Source of the DNA: an uncultured Anaerolineaceae bacterium
GTDB lineage: Bacteria > Chloroflexota > Anaerolineae > Anaerolineales > Anaerolineaceae
Assembly (NCBI GenBank): GCA_964453035.1
Contig: CAYVOX010000001.1
Location: 1,849 to 65,848, forward strand
Direction of reading: 5' to 3'
Length of the DNA stretch: 64,000 nt
The translations under genes and the position numbers were made by a program. This document shows positions 27,192 to 37,513 of this stretch, piece after piece. Numbering within the stretch: position 1 is the stretch's first letter; the number at the start of each line of letters is the position of its first letter. Under the pieces are notes generated by a model. That model saw nothing but the letters and a program-made list of their open reading frames with translations, was not told where the DNA came from and did not search any database.

Positions 27192-28586
27192 TTACTTCAA
27201 ACGCTCAAACACTTGCGCCAGGTTCAACCACACCGGTAAAAACACCTGCGGGAACAACCCTACTACCAGAAGAATTCCCACCCCAACCACCAGCAAGACG
27301 ATTTCCAGTCGGCTTTCGCTGATTCGCGGGGTTGTCTCTTCACCGCCAATCATGGTTATCAGCATGCGCACCCCGCCGATGAGAAATCCCAGGTTCCCCG
27401 CGAAGATCAAGATAGCAGCATCTCTCGCCTGCTCCGCCAGCGTCTCATAAATAACCTGCCGCACTGGGAATCCTGCCAGCAAAGGTATCCCCGCGGTTGA
27501 AAAGTATGCAATAACGATGGCTGCCGAAGCAAATGGAAACTTCTTAATCGCCGCCCTCACCCCGCTGAAGATCAGCGGTACCTCTTTTCGCTCAAAACTC
27601 GCCAGTCCCAGCGCCCACACCGCAATCCCAATCAGCCGCGGAACAAGCGAAACCGCGAAAAGCTGTACTCCCAGCGGCGGTTTCAAGCTCAATGTGACCA
27701 GCGCAAAACCAATTTCAAGGATAACGCCGTACCCCAACAACCGCTTCAAGTCCGTCTGAAACGCCGCCCAGACGCCCCCCGTCACCACTGTTGCCACACC
27801 GCCAGCTTGCAGCAGAACCGATATGATGGGGTTTGTTCGCAGCCAGGTGTACCCATCCAGGAAAGATAACCCCAGGAAAAACACCGCGCTGAAAAGAATG
27901 CTCAAGATGAACCCGCCCACATAAGGATGCACTTGCGCCATCAGCACCGGAATCCAGGTGTTGAATGGAAAAACCGCCATCCAGAAGGCAAACCCCAGCG
28001 CCAGCAACAGGGTTGCCTGGGTCAGCAAAGGCGATGCGCTCGGGTTAAGCTCCACCACGCCAGAAGCCCACCCCGCAAGCAAAATGAACGGTAGCGCCAG
28101 AGTCTGGAACACCACAAACCGCTGAACACCCTGCACATGCAGTCTATCTGATGATGCCAGCATGGGCACGCTTAACAAAATGCCAACCTCAATCAACAGC
28201 GCCGCGTAGAGAAACGGCTCAACCGCCTGCGCAGCAACCATAATCGCCAGGAACAGCATCCCCGTGGGGACGAAATTGGAGCGTGTTCTGGTTACTGGTG
28301 CAGCAAAAAACCACATTGCGCCTACCAGGTAAATCAGAACCAGAAAGTACCTGTCTCCTCCGCTCAAGATGAAGCGCCGCCCCAGCACTAACAGCGTTGC
28401 ATCCAGGTTAATCGTCAATGGTCCAATCCGGGCAGAGCTGCCAATGGGAACCTGCCAGGCCAGCAAGGCCAAAAGCAGGCACACCCCCACCGCCAGCCCG
28501 GCGGTTAATCGCTCCTTTTGCTGCAAAAACCACAGACCAATCCCCACTGCTGCCGGGAATATAATCCAGATGATTGGGGCGCTCAA
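27192..28586 (-). CDS. Divergent complex-I NuoN/NuoM / Mrp antiporter-like membrane subunit (Proton_antipo_M-like)
   Basis: 464 aa, about 14 TM segments. LLIEVGILLSVPML resembles the TM5 WE..VPMY motif. FPFNTWIPVLM resembles (K)xPxxPxHxWLPDA, but Lys is replaced by Trp and His by Asn. LKRLLGYGVILEIG resembles IKR.LAYSSI.H.G. The TTG start overlaps the upstream stop (TTGA). Confidence 0.6.
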   Translation of the reverse strand: MSAPIIWIIFPAAVGIGLWFLQQKERLTAGLAVGVCLLLALLAWQVPIGSSARIGPLTINLDATLLVLGRRFILSGGDRYFLVLIYLVGAMWFFAAPVTRTRSNFVPTGMLFLAIMVAAQAVEPFLYAALLIEVGILLSVPMLASSDRLHVQGVQRFVVFQTLALPFILLAGWASGVVELNPSASPLLTQATLLLALGFAFWMAVFPFNTWIPVLMAQVHPYVGGFILSILFSAVFFLGLSFLDGYTWLRTNPIISVLLQAGGVATVVTGGVWAAFQTDLKRLLGYGVILEIGFALVTLSLKPPLGVQLFAVSLVPRLIGIAVWALGLASFERKEVPLIFSGVRAAIKKFPFASAAIVIAYFSTAGIPLLAGFPVRQVIYETLAEQARDAAILIFAGNLGFLIGGVRMLITMIGGEETTPRISESRLEIVLLVVGVGILLVVGLFPQVFLPVWLNLAQVFERLK

Positions 28587-29167
28587 GGCTCCACCTCGCC
28601 TTCCGGCAAGGCCGCCAGGTAAACCCCCACCAGCGCAATCGCAAGGTTAATCACTGCCAGCAGGCCGGCTACCAGCACTGAGGATTCCAGCCCGGCGAAT
28701 AACACCTCAAAACCAGATAAAAAGGTCAGCAAACCAATCGCCACCCGCACCGGTTGAATGGTCATCCCCAGTTGAATGAGCCCCACACCCGCCAGCACCA
28801 GTCCTCCCCACAGAATCTCGCGCTCATCCGTCAACCAGGCTTCAATTGTTGGGGTGGTGAGGTAGATGATAATCCAGATAAATACAGCCACAAGGCTTCG
28901 AAACAAGGCACCTACTCGGTCAAAAGCTTTGGATTCATCTTGCTTCCCGGTCAGGGATGAGGTCAACACCCCACTCGCCACCAGCCCCACCACCACCTTC
29001 ACCAGCGATAATCCCAGCGGCCAGTTCTCAGCCACCATCCAAAAGACGCCCAGGTACTGCAAGATGAGCGCTGCCAGAGTCCATCGCCAGGAGAGCCTCC
29101 AGAGCAACACCAGCGTGGTTGCCATCACCAGCAGCACAGGCACAAAACCCAGGCTCTCCAACGTCAT
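28583..29167 (-). CDS. Small polytopic membrane protein (possibly NuoJ/K-like)
   Basis: About 194 aa from ATG 29167, which forms an ATGA overlap with the upstream gene. Five to six TM segments, with membrane-embedded Glu residues (GFEVLFAGLESS). Any homology is tentative. Confidence 0.5.
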   Translation of the reverse strand: MTLESLGFVPVLLVMATTLVLLWRLSWRWTLAALILQYLGVFWMVAENWPLGLSLVKVVVGLVASGVLTSSLTGKQDESKAFDRVGALFRSLVAVFIWIIIYLTTPTIEAWLTDEREILWGGLVLAGVGLIQLGMTIQPVRVAIGLLTFLSGFEVLFAGLESSVLVAGLLAVINLAIALVGVYLAALPEGEVEP

Positions 29168-30756
29168 CGCCCGGCTCCCGTCAGGCTGACGGATAGAATA
29201 ATCGCCAGCAGCACAAACACCCACAACACCCCACCCTCACCCTCGATGATCGTTGTGAATGTCGTCCCAATCGCCTGAACACCCCCAAAAATCCAACTCA
29301 TCAGGCGGTAAAACCACCCCATGCTGAACACCCTTGAAGCCACTCCTCCGGCGCGCCGCCCAATCACCACATACCAGCGCTCTTCAAGGTTGCCCTTTTC
29401 CCCGGCAAGCACGTTTCGGTAAACAACATACCCTCCCACCGCCAGTAAAACTGCCGGAACGCTAGCCCACCACACCCCAATTGATAACGACCCCGCCCAG
29501 CCCAGTGCCGAAATCAGCCCCGCTGAACCGAAGATGAGGATAAAAGCCGCCGGGTAAATCGTTTGAATCCATCGTTCCAATTTTTGCGGCGATTCGAGCC
29601 CTTTAAATCCATACCTCAGGTATCCAAAGATGAGCAGAGCCTGCGCTAGAAAAAATAACAGGTCCGGAAAGTTCAACGGCGGCACTACCAGCCCAACCCA
29701 ACCGCTTGCCGCAGGCGTAAACGGCAACCCGCTCAGCATCAGCGCCCCCAGGATGGGAATAAATAATAATCCCTTACTGCGTATGGAATACAGGAAAATC
29801 ATCCCACCGGAAATTGCCAGGGTCACCCCCCAGGCTGTGCTCGCCAGCGGATATCCACGGATAGAACAAGCCAGCGCCATCCCTGCCACGGCAATCAGCC
29901 AGTAAGGCCGCCCGGTCACCTCTTCCCCCGCTGTAGCCCACATCGCCGCCCCGTACAGCGCAGCAATTGATGAAAACCCCAACAGAAGGGGTGATAATTC
30001 CACCGGAACAACGCTCATCGGCAGCCGTGCCAGTAAAATCAGGCTCGCCAGCGGGGCTGTCAGTCGTAAAATGGTGCCCAACCCGCGCCGCATGGGCACT
30101 TCCTGCGTATATGGCAGGTGCAGCGGAATCACTCCCAACCGCAGCCCCACCGCGATTAATATCATAAAGCCCACGTCCATGCCGGCATCAACCAACACCA
30201 GCACTTTCCCTTCTGCCCGGCTCAAAATCATTGCCAGAATGAGCCCTAGCGTGCCGATGACCCGTGCCGTAAAAGCCACTGCAGCCTGCACCCTCACTTG
30301 CCGCGCTTTAACGCCCGTCTGGATTACAACCAGTTCAAAAACGTCAATCGCTGTCCATGCCAGCACAATCGCCAGCGGTGTCGCCGCCAACATAGCCAGG
30401 TTTCCAACCCCGGCAATCGCCAGGCTAGAAGCCCAGGCTCCCGGGTTAGATTGGTTCTGCAGCCGCGCCGCTGCCGTGAGGATCACCAGCAGCAGCACGC
30501 TGCTTAACCCAAAGGTATAAACCCAGGCAATATCATCCATTTGAAAAACAATCGACCCTGAGACACCCCCCAGCGGCAGCCACGATGAGAAGATCGCCGC
30601 GGGTGGCGGCGAAAACCGGTAGAAAATCAACAATCCCCAGTTTGCCAGACTCACCAACACCGCTGCAATCCACGCCAACCCAAAGCCGGGCCGCACCCTT
30701 TGAATGGTGAGCACCATCACCGCCCCAAAAACCAGCAGGATAAACGGCAGCAGCAA
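29164..30756 (-). CDS. Divergent NuoL/MrpA-like antiporter-type membrane subunit
   Basis: 530 aa, about 15 TM segments. GLRLGVIPLHLPY aligns by eye with NuoL GKSAQLPLQTWL. LAWTAIDVFELVV aligns with LGWEGVGLCSYLL. The canonical Lys and Glu are not conserved. Confidence 0.5.
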   Translation of the reverse strand: MLLPFILLVFGAVMVLTIQRVRPGFGLAWIAAVLVSLANWGLLIFYRFSPPPAAIFSSWLPLGGVSGSIVFQMDDIAWVYTFGLSSVLLLVILTAAARLQNQSNPGAWASSLAIAGVGNLAMLAATPLAIVLAWTAIDVFELVVIQTGVKARQVRVQAAVAFTARVIGTLGLILAMILSRAEGKVLVLVDAGMDVGFMILIAVGLRLGVIPLHLPYTQEVPMRRGLGTILRLTAPLASLILLARLPMSVVPVELSPLLLGFSSIAALYGAAMWATAGEEVTGRPYWLIAVAGMALACSIRGYPLASTAWGVTLAISGGMIFLYSIRSKGLLFIPILGALMLSGLPFTPAASGWVGLVVPPLNFPDLLFFLAQALLIFGYLRYGFKGLESPQKLERWIQTIYPAAFILIFGSAGLISALGWAGSLSIGVWWASVPAVLLAVGGYVVYRNVLAGEKGNLEERWYVVIGRRAGGVASRVFSMGWFYRLMSWIFGGVQAIGTTFTTIIEGEGGVLWVFVLLAIILSVSLTGAGR

Positions 30757-30767
30757 TTGGATGGTAT

Positions 30768-32183
30768 TTATAGGATCGGCGCTCCGGGCGTCCGGAAAAG
30801 ATACTTTCCCATCCCGGCTCGCCCAAGCCAGGTGTTGCCATCAACAATCAGGTTTCCCCTTAAGAACACCTTCTCCGGGTAACCCGTCAACGACCAACCT
30901 TCGTACAGGTTGTAATCCGTTCGGTGCTGCGCAACCCCAGCCCCGTAGTGCACTTTTTTCTTCGGGTCCCAGATGACGATATCCGCATCCCCTCCCACTA
31001 CCAGGTCACCCTTGCGCGGGTATAACCCAAAGATTTTCGCCGGATTGGTGCAATTCAACTTCACAAACTGGCTGAGGGTAAACTTTCCAACACCGTAGCT
31101 CCATAACACCGGCATCCGGTCGCCCACTCCCGGCAACCCGTTGGGAATCATCCTGAAATCTTCTCTACCCAGTTCTTTACCGGCAATCTGAACCGGTTTC
31201 CCCTCATAAAGGATTGATTTGCTGCCGTCATAGAAGAATGCGCAGTGGTCGGTTGCGACCACCTGCAGGGTTCCCTGCGCCAAACCTTGCCACAAGCACG
31301 CCTGATCCTCTGCTGTTCTGACCGGCGGCGAACATACCCATTTTGCCCCGTCTTCCCTTTCCAGATCTTTTTCTGAGAAGAAAAGGTACTGCGGGCAGGT
31401 TTCCCCCATCACCTTCAACCCTTTATCGCGCGCATAAGCCAGTTGATCCACTTCGCCCGCCGCGTTCATGTGAACCACATACAGCGCAGCGCCTGCCTGC
31501 GCCGCCAGCGCTGCCCCCCGCAAAACAGCCTCCACTGCCCCCCAGGCTGGTCGCGTGCGCGCATGCCAGATTGGAGCGGTTCTTCCAGCAGCCACAGCCT
31601 CGCTCACCAGCAAATCAATCACATCCCCGTTCTCCGCGTGCAGCATGGTCAGCATTCCAGCTTTCTCGGCTATGCGCATCACTTTAAATATTTCCGCATC
31701 CGAGATTCTCAGTCGGTTGTTGTACGCGGTGAAGACCTTGAGCGTTGTGATCCCTTCGTTTACCAATAAAGGTATCTCTTGCTCCACCTCAGGCTTTAGC
31801 TGCGTGATATTCATATGAAAACCAAAATCCACCGCTGCTTTGTGATCTGCCTTTGCGTGCCAGGCTTCCACGTTGGTGCGTAAATCCAGAACGTCCTGCG
31901 GCACAAAATCAATCACCGTCGTCGTGCCTCCGAACGCTGCTGCTTTGTGCCCGCTGTAATGGTCGTCAGAGGAAACCGTTCCAAACATCGGCAGGTCAAA
32001 ATGCGTGTGCACGTCCACCCCGCCTGGCAGCACCAATTTCCCTGCAGCGTCAATCACCGCTATGCCTTCTGGCGCCGCCAGGTTTGGTTCCACCCGGCTG
32101 ATGCGCTCCCCCTCCACCAGAATATCTCCCTTCGCCACCCCCCGCTCTGTGACCAGTTCACCATTCTTAATCAAAAAAGCCAT
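30768..32183 (-). CDS. Dihydropyrimidinase / D-hydantoinase (cyclic amidohydrolase)
   Basis: 471 aa. GGVDVHTHFDLP metal ligands, the carboxylated-Lys context GITTLKVF, then MLHAENGD and ATDHC motifs. Confidence 0.85.
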   Translation of the reverse strand: MAFLIKNGELVTERGVAKGDILVEGERISRVEPNLAAPEGIAVIDAAGKLVLPGGVDVHTHFDLPMFGTVSSDDHYSGHKAAAFGGTTTVIDFVPQDVLDLRTNVEAWHAKADHKAAVDFGFHMNITQLKPEVEQEIPLLVNEGITTLKVFTAYNNRLRISDAEIFKVMRIAEKAGMLTMLHAENGDVIDLLVSEAVAAGRTAPIWHARTRPAWGAVEAVLRGAALAAQAGAALYVVHMNAAGEVDQLAYARDKGLKVMGETCPQYLFFSEKDLEREDGAKWVCSPPVRTAEDQACLWQGLAQGTLQVVATDHCAFFYDGSKSILYEGKPVQIAGKELGREDFRMIPNGLPGVGDRMPVLWSYGVGKFTLSQFVKLNCTNPAKIFGLYPRKGDLVVGGDADIVIWDPKKKVHYGAGVAQHRTDYNLYEGWSLTGYPEKVFLRGNLIVDGNTWLGRAGMGKYLFRTPGAPIL

Positions 32184-32196
32184 CGCTCAGCCGTCC

Positions 32197-32763
32197 TCAA
32201 TCCATTCTCGCCAGTTCGCCCAGCATTGCCAATAGCAGGGGGTCCAGCGCCAGTTCAGGTAGTTCATCCGGGCGGTATTGTCCAGTGCGTAAAGCTCGCT
32301 CCCGCAGCGATCGCCAGAGCAGCACGCGCTCCTCCGAGCGCACCACCAGGTCGCTCAATCTCATCGCAGAAAGCAGCAGCGCCCCGGTTGAATAAAGAAA
32401 GGTCAGTCGCTTCCAGTTCTCGGATGTGATGGGCCGGGCCAGGGGCTGCAAGCTGCCGATTGCCAGCTTGTAATATTCCTCGTTCGCCCGCGGGTGGTCG
32501 GCCTCATCCCGGAACAGCTCTTTGCGAGTGGTCAGTTCATGCCCCCGCACCTCGGCGAAAAATTCAATTTTCCAGCGGTGTTCCGTTCCAAACGAGCCCG
32601 TCTGGTAAAACGCCAGGTAATCTACCGCCAGCACCTTGGGGGCATGCCGCAGGGGTATCCGATACCACCCCAAAAGCCGCGCAATTTCCAGATCGCGCGG
32701 CTTTGGGGTTACCGCGATCAGCACCAATGATTCGGGAGAAGGCTGCATATTCATCCTCTCCAC
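32197..32763 (-). CDS. Conserved-looking hypothetical protein
   Basis: The ORF opens at GTG 32763. ATG 32748 has better spacing to GGAGAGG. About 183-188 aa, soluble, with no motif I recognise (GWYRIPL, DYLAFYQTG). Confidence 0.5.
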   Translation of the reverse strand: MERMNMQPSPESLVLIAVTPKPRDLEIARLLGWYRIPLRHAPKVLAVDYLAFYQTGSFGTEHRWKIEFFAEVRGHELTTRKELFRDEADHPRANEEYYKLAIGSLQPLARPITSENWKRLTFLYSTGALLLSAMRLSDLVVRSEERVLLWRSLRERALRTGQYRPDELPELALDPLLLAMLGELARMD

Positions 32764-32779
32764 ATCGCATCTGGCCAGG

Positions 32780-34246
32780 TTATATCAAGCCAACCCGCTG
32801 ATTGAATTCTTCAATAAGCCCATCAATCTCTTCAACCTGTCCCTGAACTTCGGTCCAGTAATTCGGATCGTACCACTGCGCCTGGATTTCTTCGTAAGAT
32901 CTACCCTGTTGTTCTACCCAGGTGTAATACTTCAGGTTGTGGATTTGCTTCCGATCCGCGTAGCTCAATTCCTTCATGTAGTCCGTGGTAACCCCTTGAA
33001 GGTAGCGCGCATACACCTCGGCTGCGTCAAATGCCGTGAAATCCCCAAACTGCTGCCGCATTTCCATGATGCGGCTGCTGTAGAGCTGCATCGAATCGGT
33101 CAATATGGTCACCACAACATCATTGGCGCCCATTTCGTAATACTTCGCCATCTTCACAGCCGAAAGCACATTGGCAATGCCCGAGAACCCCAGTAAATCC
33201 AGTTGTTGAACCAGCTCAGCGGGCACGCCTTTGCGCACCAGGTATTCCCGCCCGATCGGCTCATTGAACAGGCGCATGATTGCCACCACAGCATTGTCGT
33301 CAATTGCTGTCACAATATCGGTATTTGCAATATTGTGAATCCACGGCACGTGCTTATCGCCGATTCCCTCGATGCGGTGCGCCCCGAACCCATTTTGCAG
33401 CAGCGTGGGGCACTGCAGCGCCTCGCTGGCGGTAATCTTGCTCGTTGGGAACATCTGCTTCAGGTAATCGCCGCAACCAATCGTCCCGGCGGAACCCGTG
33501 GTCAATGCCACCCCGCGGAATTCATCCTGTGGGCGCAGCTCCCGCTGCAGCACGTCTTCAATCGCATGCCCGGTAACGTCATAATGCCACAGGTAATTGC
33601 CAAACTCCTCAAACTGGTTAAAAATCATCAAATCTTGTCCGCTGGCGCGCAATTCTTTGCACTTATCAAAGATTTCCTTTACGTTGCTCTCGCTGCCCGG
33701 CGTCGCAATAACCTCACCTGCAATTCTGGAAAGCCACTCAAACCGTTCGCGGCTCATCCCCTCTGGTAGAATCGCAATCGAGCTGCACGCCAGCAGCGCC
33801 GAATCATACGCCCCACCCCGGCAGTAGTTACCGGTGGAAGGCCAAACCGCCTTTTGCGTGGTCGGGTCAAATTGCCCGGTCACCAGCCTGGGAACCAGGC
33901 AGCCAAAAGCCGCACCCACCTTGTGCGCGCCGGTTGGAAACCATTTGCCCACCAGGGCGATCACCCGCGCTTTAGTGCCCGTCAGGGATGATGGAAATTC
34001 GATATAATTAACCTCCCCAAACTGCCCCCCGGTTTCAAGTGGTTGGTTTTTCCAGGTAATACGGTAGAGGTTACGGGGTGCAACGTCCCACAGGCCGATT
34101 TTCGCAAGTTCTGCCTTAACCCTGGCAGGGATCAGCTCTGGGTTTTTCATCTGGGCAAAGGTCGGCACAATGATGTTGCGTTCTCGCGCCCGCCGAACAG
34201 TGCGCTCCAATCGGTCAACGTGAATGGTCAGGTCAATTTTGGTCAC
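32780..34246 (-). CDS. PLP-dependent enzyme, fold type II (Trp-synthase-beta / cysteine-synthase superfamily), long 488-aa form
   Basis: PLP-Lys context [11 protein letters not shown] (TrpB-like TGAHK). [11 protein letters not shown] resembles the S/TGNxG loop. The GTG start overlaps the GT2 stop (GTGA) and AAGGAG lies upstream. Confidence 0.7.
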   Translation of the reverse strand: MTKIDLTIHVDRLERTVRRARERNIIVPTFAQMKNPELIPARVKAELAKIGLWDVAPRNLYRITWKNQPLETGGQFGEVNYIEFPSSLTGTKARVIALVGKWFPTGAHKVGAAFGCLVPRLVTGQFDPTTQKAVWPSTGNYCRGGAYDSALLACSSIAILPEGMSRERFEWLSRIAGEVIATPGSESNVKEIFDKCKELRASGQDLMIFNQFEEFGNYLWHYDVTGHAIEDVLQRELRPQDEFRGVALTTGSAGTIGCGDYLKQMFPTSKITASEALQCPTLLQNGFGAHRIEGIGDKHVPWIHNIANTDIVTAIDDNAVVAIMRLFNEPIGREYLVRKGVPAELVQQLDLLGFSGIANVLSAVKMAKYYEMGANDVVVTILTDSMQLYSSRIMEMRQQFGDFTAFDAAEVYARYLQGVTTDYMKELSYADRKQIHNLKYYTWVEQQGRSYEEIQAQWYDPNYWTEVQGQVEEIDGLIEEFNQRVGLI

Positions 34247-35205
34247 TTTGAAATCTCCTTTGAGGTTTCTTGCTGGTTTTCAACCGGTGCCTCGCTGACA
34301 ATATAAAGCGGGCGGCCCTTAACTTCGTCGTAGATTCTCCCAATATACTCACCCAGGATACCCAGGCTGATGAGCTGCACGCCCCCTAGGAACAAAACTG
34401 CGATGAGCGTGGAAGCCTGACCCAGGAAGGTTTCGTTCCCCCACGCCCGCGCCGCAATCACAATCGGGATCGTGATGATACTCAATCCCGCTGCAATAAA
34501 TCCCAGGTAAGTTGCCAGTTGCAGCGGAAAATACGAGAATCCCGTAATGGCATTCAGCGCCAGCTTAAACATCTTCTTGAACGGGTACTTGGTCGTTCCA
34601 GAGTATCTCGCCGCGCGTTTATAGGAAACCCCAATTTGCTTAAACCCCACCCATGCCGACATACCCCGCAAGAAACGGTGCTTTTCCCGCATTGAATTCA
34701 TCACATTGACCACCTTCCGGTCCATCAGGCGGAAGTCGCCGGTATCCAGCGGGATTTTTACATCTGTGATCTTGAAAATGATGCGGTAGAACAACGATGC
34801 CGTCGTCTTCTTAAACCAGGTTTCACCCTCACGCTCCGACCTGACCGCATACACCACCTCATTCCCTTCCCGCCACCTGGCAATCATCTCCAGGATGACC
34901 TCTGGTGGATCTTGCAGATCAGCATCAATGATGATCACAGCCTTTCCCCGGCTGTAATCCAGCCCCGCCGTGACGGCAATCTGGTGACCAAAATTGCGCG
35001 CAAATATCACCGGGCGCACCCGTTCATCCTCCTTTGCCATCTTCCGAATGACATCGGTAGAGCCATCTCTCGAGCCGTCATCCACCAGCACCAGCTCCCA
35101 GGGTTCGCCAGTCGTATCCATCACCTCGCTCACCCGCTGAAGAAGGATGGGCAGGTTCTCCAGTTCATTAAAAACAGGAGCAATAATTGTAAAAGTTGGC
35201 TGCAT
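34243..35205 (-). CDS. GT2 polyprenyl-phosphate glycosyltransferase (GtrB / ArnC / DPM1-like)
   Basis: 320 aa. [17 protein letters not shown] and [11 protein letters not shown] motifs, plus two C-terminal TM segments. Confidence 0.85.
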   Translation of the reverse strand: MQPTFTIIAPVFNELENLPILLQRVSEVMDTTGEPWELVLVDDGSRDGSTDVIRKMAKEDERVRPVIFARNFGHQIAVTAGLDYSRGKAVIIIDADLQDPPEVILEMIARWREGNEVVYAVRSEREGETWFKKTTASLFYRIIFKITDVKIPLDTGDFRLMDRKVVNVMNSMREKHRFLRGMSAWVGFKQIGVSYKRAARYSGTTKYPFKKMFKLALNAITGFSYFPLQLATYLGFIAAGLSIITIPIVIAARAWGNETFLGQASTLIAVLFLGGVQLISLGILGEYIGRIYDEVKGRPLYIVSEAPVENQQETSKEISK

Positions 35206-35243
35206 GATTCTTCAACTCCTCAAATCTTGTTGTTTTCCATTCT

Positions 35244-36491
35244 TCATCTGGCTAAATGCTTCTTGAGCGCCTCCAGGCTCGGCTCGATCACCGGCGCTTC
35301 TGGAACTGCCTGCATGGCTGCCCGCGTATCCTTTAGCCCGCTGCCGGTATTAATCACCACAACCGCATCGCGGGAGTTTATTATACCCAGATGCAGCGCC
35401 TTTTTTAAGCCCGCATAAGCTGTCGCGCCGGCGGGTTCAGCGAATATCCCCACCTTGCCCAGTTCTGCGATCGCGCCTAAAATATCGCTATCTCGAACGG
35501 TCAGGTAAGCGCCGTTGGTTTCCTTTGCAGCCCGCACCGCCCGCACCCCGTCGCGTGGTAAATCCACCGAGATGCTGTCAGCAATCGTTTGCGCCTTCAC
35601 TGGCTGGATGCGCTCCGTGTCACCAAAAAAGGCATTCGCCACCGCCGCCGACCCTTCCGATTGAATTCCAAACAGCCTCGGCATCTGCCCAATCCAACCC
35701 AGCGCCTTCAGATCCTTGAAACCCTTGTGGATCCCCGAGATGATATTACCATCCCCCACTGAGACAAACACCACCAGCCTCTCTCCGTCTGGCTCAAGCT
35801 CGCGCATCACGCTCTCCCATATTTCCAGTGCTGCGGTCTTTTTACCCTCCGCGGTAAATGGATTATAGCCCGTGTTCCGGCAGTACCAACCAAATTCATC
35901 GGCAGCCTGGATGGTCAGATCAAAGGCCTGGTCATAATTTCCATCCACCAGGATCACCTGCGCCCCGTAAACCAGCAGTTGCGCCACCTTTGCCGGAGGC
36001 GCAGTTCTGGGTGCAAAGATGATAGCCCTCTGCCCCACCGCCGCCGACATTCCCGCCAGCGCTGCCCCCGCGTTCCCGGTGGATGCCGTCACCACTACCG
36101 GCGCGTGGATTTGCATGGCTCGCGCCACCACCACAGAGCTAGCCCGATCTTTAAATGATGCAGTCGGGTTGCGACCCTCATCTTTTATCCACAGCTTTTC
36201 CAACCCCAGCACCTGTCTGAGCGCTGGTGGACTAAAAAGCGGCGTCCAGCCCGCGGCGCGCAGAGGCGTGCCTTCACCACCCGGGTCAGCAACCGGCAGC
36301 AAAGGCAGGTAGCGCCACAACGAAAAATCCGTTCTACAGGTGATATCTGCCGGTTGGTAGTGCCTGTTAATGGCGGCATAATCCAGAATGACGTCAAGGT
36401 TACCCCCATCTTTCGGGCAGGTATAAACCACCTGCCCTGCCAGGTATTCCGTCTGGCATAGCGAACAACGATATCCGACAAATTCACCCAT
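35244..36491 (-). CDS. Threonine synthase-like PLP enzyme with N-terminal zinc ribbon
   Basis: ATG 36491 follows AGGAG. CSLC..CPKDGG ribbon, PLP-Lys motif TASFKDRA and STGNAG loop. The longer listed ORF (to 36635) overlaps the permease gene and is unlikely. Confidence 0.8.
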   Translation of the reverse strand: MGEFVGYRCSLCQTEYLAGQVVYTCPKDGGNLDVILDYAAINRHYQPADITCRTDFSLWRYLPLLPVADPGGEGTPLRAAGWTPLFSPPALRQVLGLEKLWIKDEGRNPTASFKDRASSVVVARAMQIHAPVVVTASTGNAGAALAGMSAAVGQRAIIFAPRTAPPAKVAQLLVYGAQVILVDGNYDQAFDLTIQAADEFGWYCRNTGYNPFTAEGKKTAALEIWESVMRELEPDGERLVVFVSVGDGNIISGIHKGFKDLKALGWIGQMPRLFGIQSEGSAAVANAFFGDTERIQPVKAQTIADSISVDLPRDGVRAVRAAKETNGAYLTVRDSDILGAIAELGKVGIFAEPAGATAYAGLKKALHLGIINSRDAVVVINTGSGLKDTRAAMQAVPEAPVIEPSLEALKKHLAR

Positions 36492-36507
36492 GACGAATCC
36501 TTTACTC

Positions 36508-37503
36508 CTATTCATTTTCAAAAGGGATGCCCAACGACGCCGGTGGCGAAGTTCGCATTGACCGTAAAACCCTGGCGGCAATTCGCCGCATCCTCTCCGG
36601 CATCGCAGCCAGCGTGCGCTCCACCCACTCTGCATTCCCCAGGTTCACCAGCAACAGCGTCAATATCATCAGCGGAAAAGGCGCCACCTGCAGCACTTGC
36701 GAGGGAATCGAAGGTAAACTCGGCTGTAAAACCAATCCCAGCCATTGCAGCAACCCAAACAGGTAAGCCCCCGCTGCAGCCCGCAGCGGATTCCACCCTC
36801 CAAAGATGGTGATTGAGAGCGCAATCCAGCCAATGCCATCTAATCCAGAGATGGTCCCCTTCCAACCAGCTTTCACGCTCAGTGAGTACATCGGTCCTGC
36901 CAGCCCCACCAGCGCCCCACCCAGAATAGTATAGATATACCGCAACCGGTTCACGTTGGCCCCGCGCACAAAAGCGGCTGCCGGGCGCTCACCAATCCCC
37001 TGCAACATCAGCCCAGGCCTGGTCTTGAAAATCCAGACGTACGCGCCCGCGATTATGATAAAGCTGGCATACACCAGCGGATCCTGCTTGTAAAAAAAGG
37101 TCCCCAGCACCGGCACCTTTTCCAGCCAGCCAATTGTCACCGGCTCGATGATAGGGCCGGATGCCCCCATGATGGGGTTTCCCAGGAAGTAGGCTAGATC
37201 AGCGCAGAGCAGCGCCAGGACAAAGCCCACCGCCACCTGCGATTGCTTTAACGTGATGCTGGAAAATGCGATTATCAGTGCCACCAACGCGCCGATGGCT
37301 GCCCCTGCCAGCAAACCCAGCAAGGTGCTGCCCGTCGCCAGCGCCATAGCAAACCCACCCATCGCAGTTAAAAGGATGGTGCCATTCAACGATAGGTTCG
37401 TGATCCCCGCCCGCTCGGTGATGGTTTCGCCAATCACCGCAAAAATCAACGGCACCGTGCTTGCCAGGATGCCGGCCAAACCAACCAGGATTGTTTCGTC
37501 CAA
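36508..37503 (-). CDS. ABC transporter permease (BMP/nucleoside-type, second permease)
   Basis: 331 aa, about 9 TM segments, branched-chain/ribose-type permease fold. Confidence 0.8.
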   Translation of the reverse strand: MDETILVGLAGILASTVPLIFAVIGETITERAGITNLSLNGTILLTAMGGFAMALATGSTLLGLLAGAAIGALVALIIAFSSITLKQSQVAVGFVLALLCADLAYFLGNPIMGASGPIIEPVTIGWLEKVPVLGTFFYKQDPLVYASFIIIAGAYVWIFKTRPGLMLQGIGERPAAAFVRGANVNRLRYIYTILGGALVGLAGPMYSLSVKAGWKGTISGLDGIGWIALSITIFGGWNPLRAAAGAYLFGLLQWLGLVLQPSLPSIPSQVLQVAPFPLMILTLLLVNLGNAEWVERTLAAMPERMRRIAARVLRSMRTSPPASLGIPFENE

Positions 37504-37513
37504 GGCAATCTCC

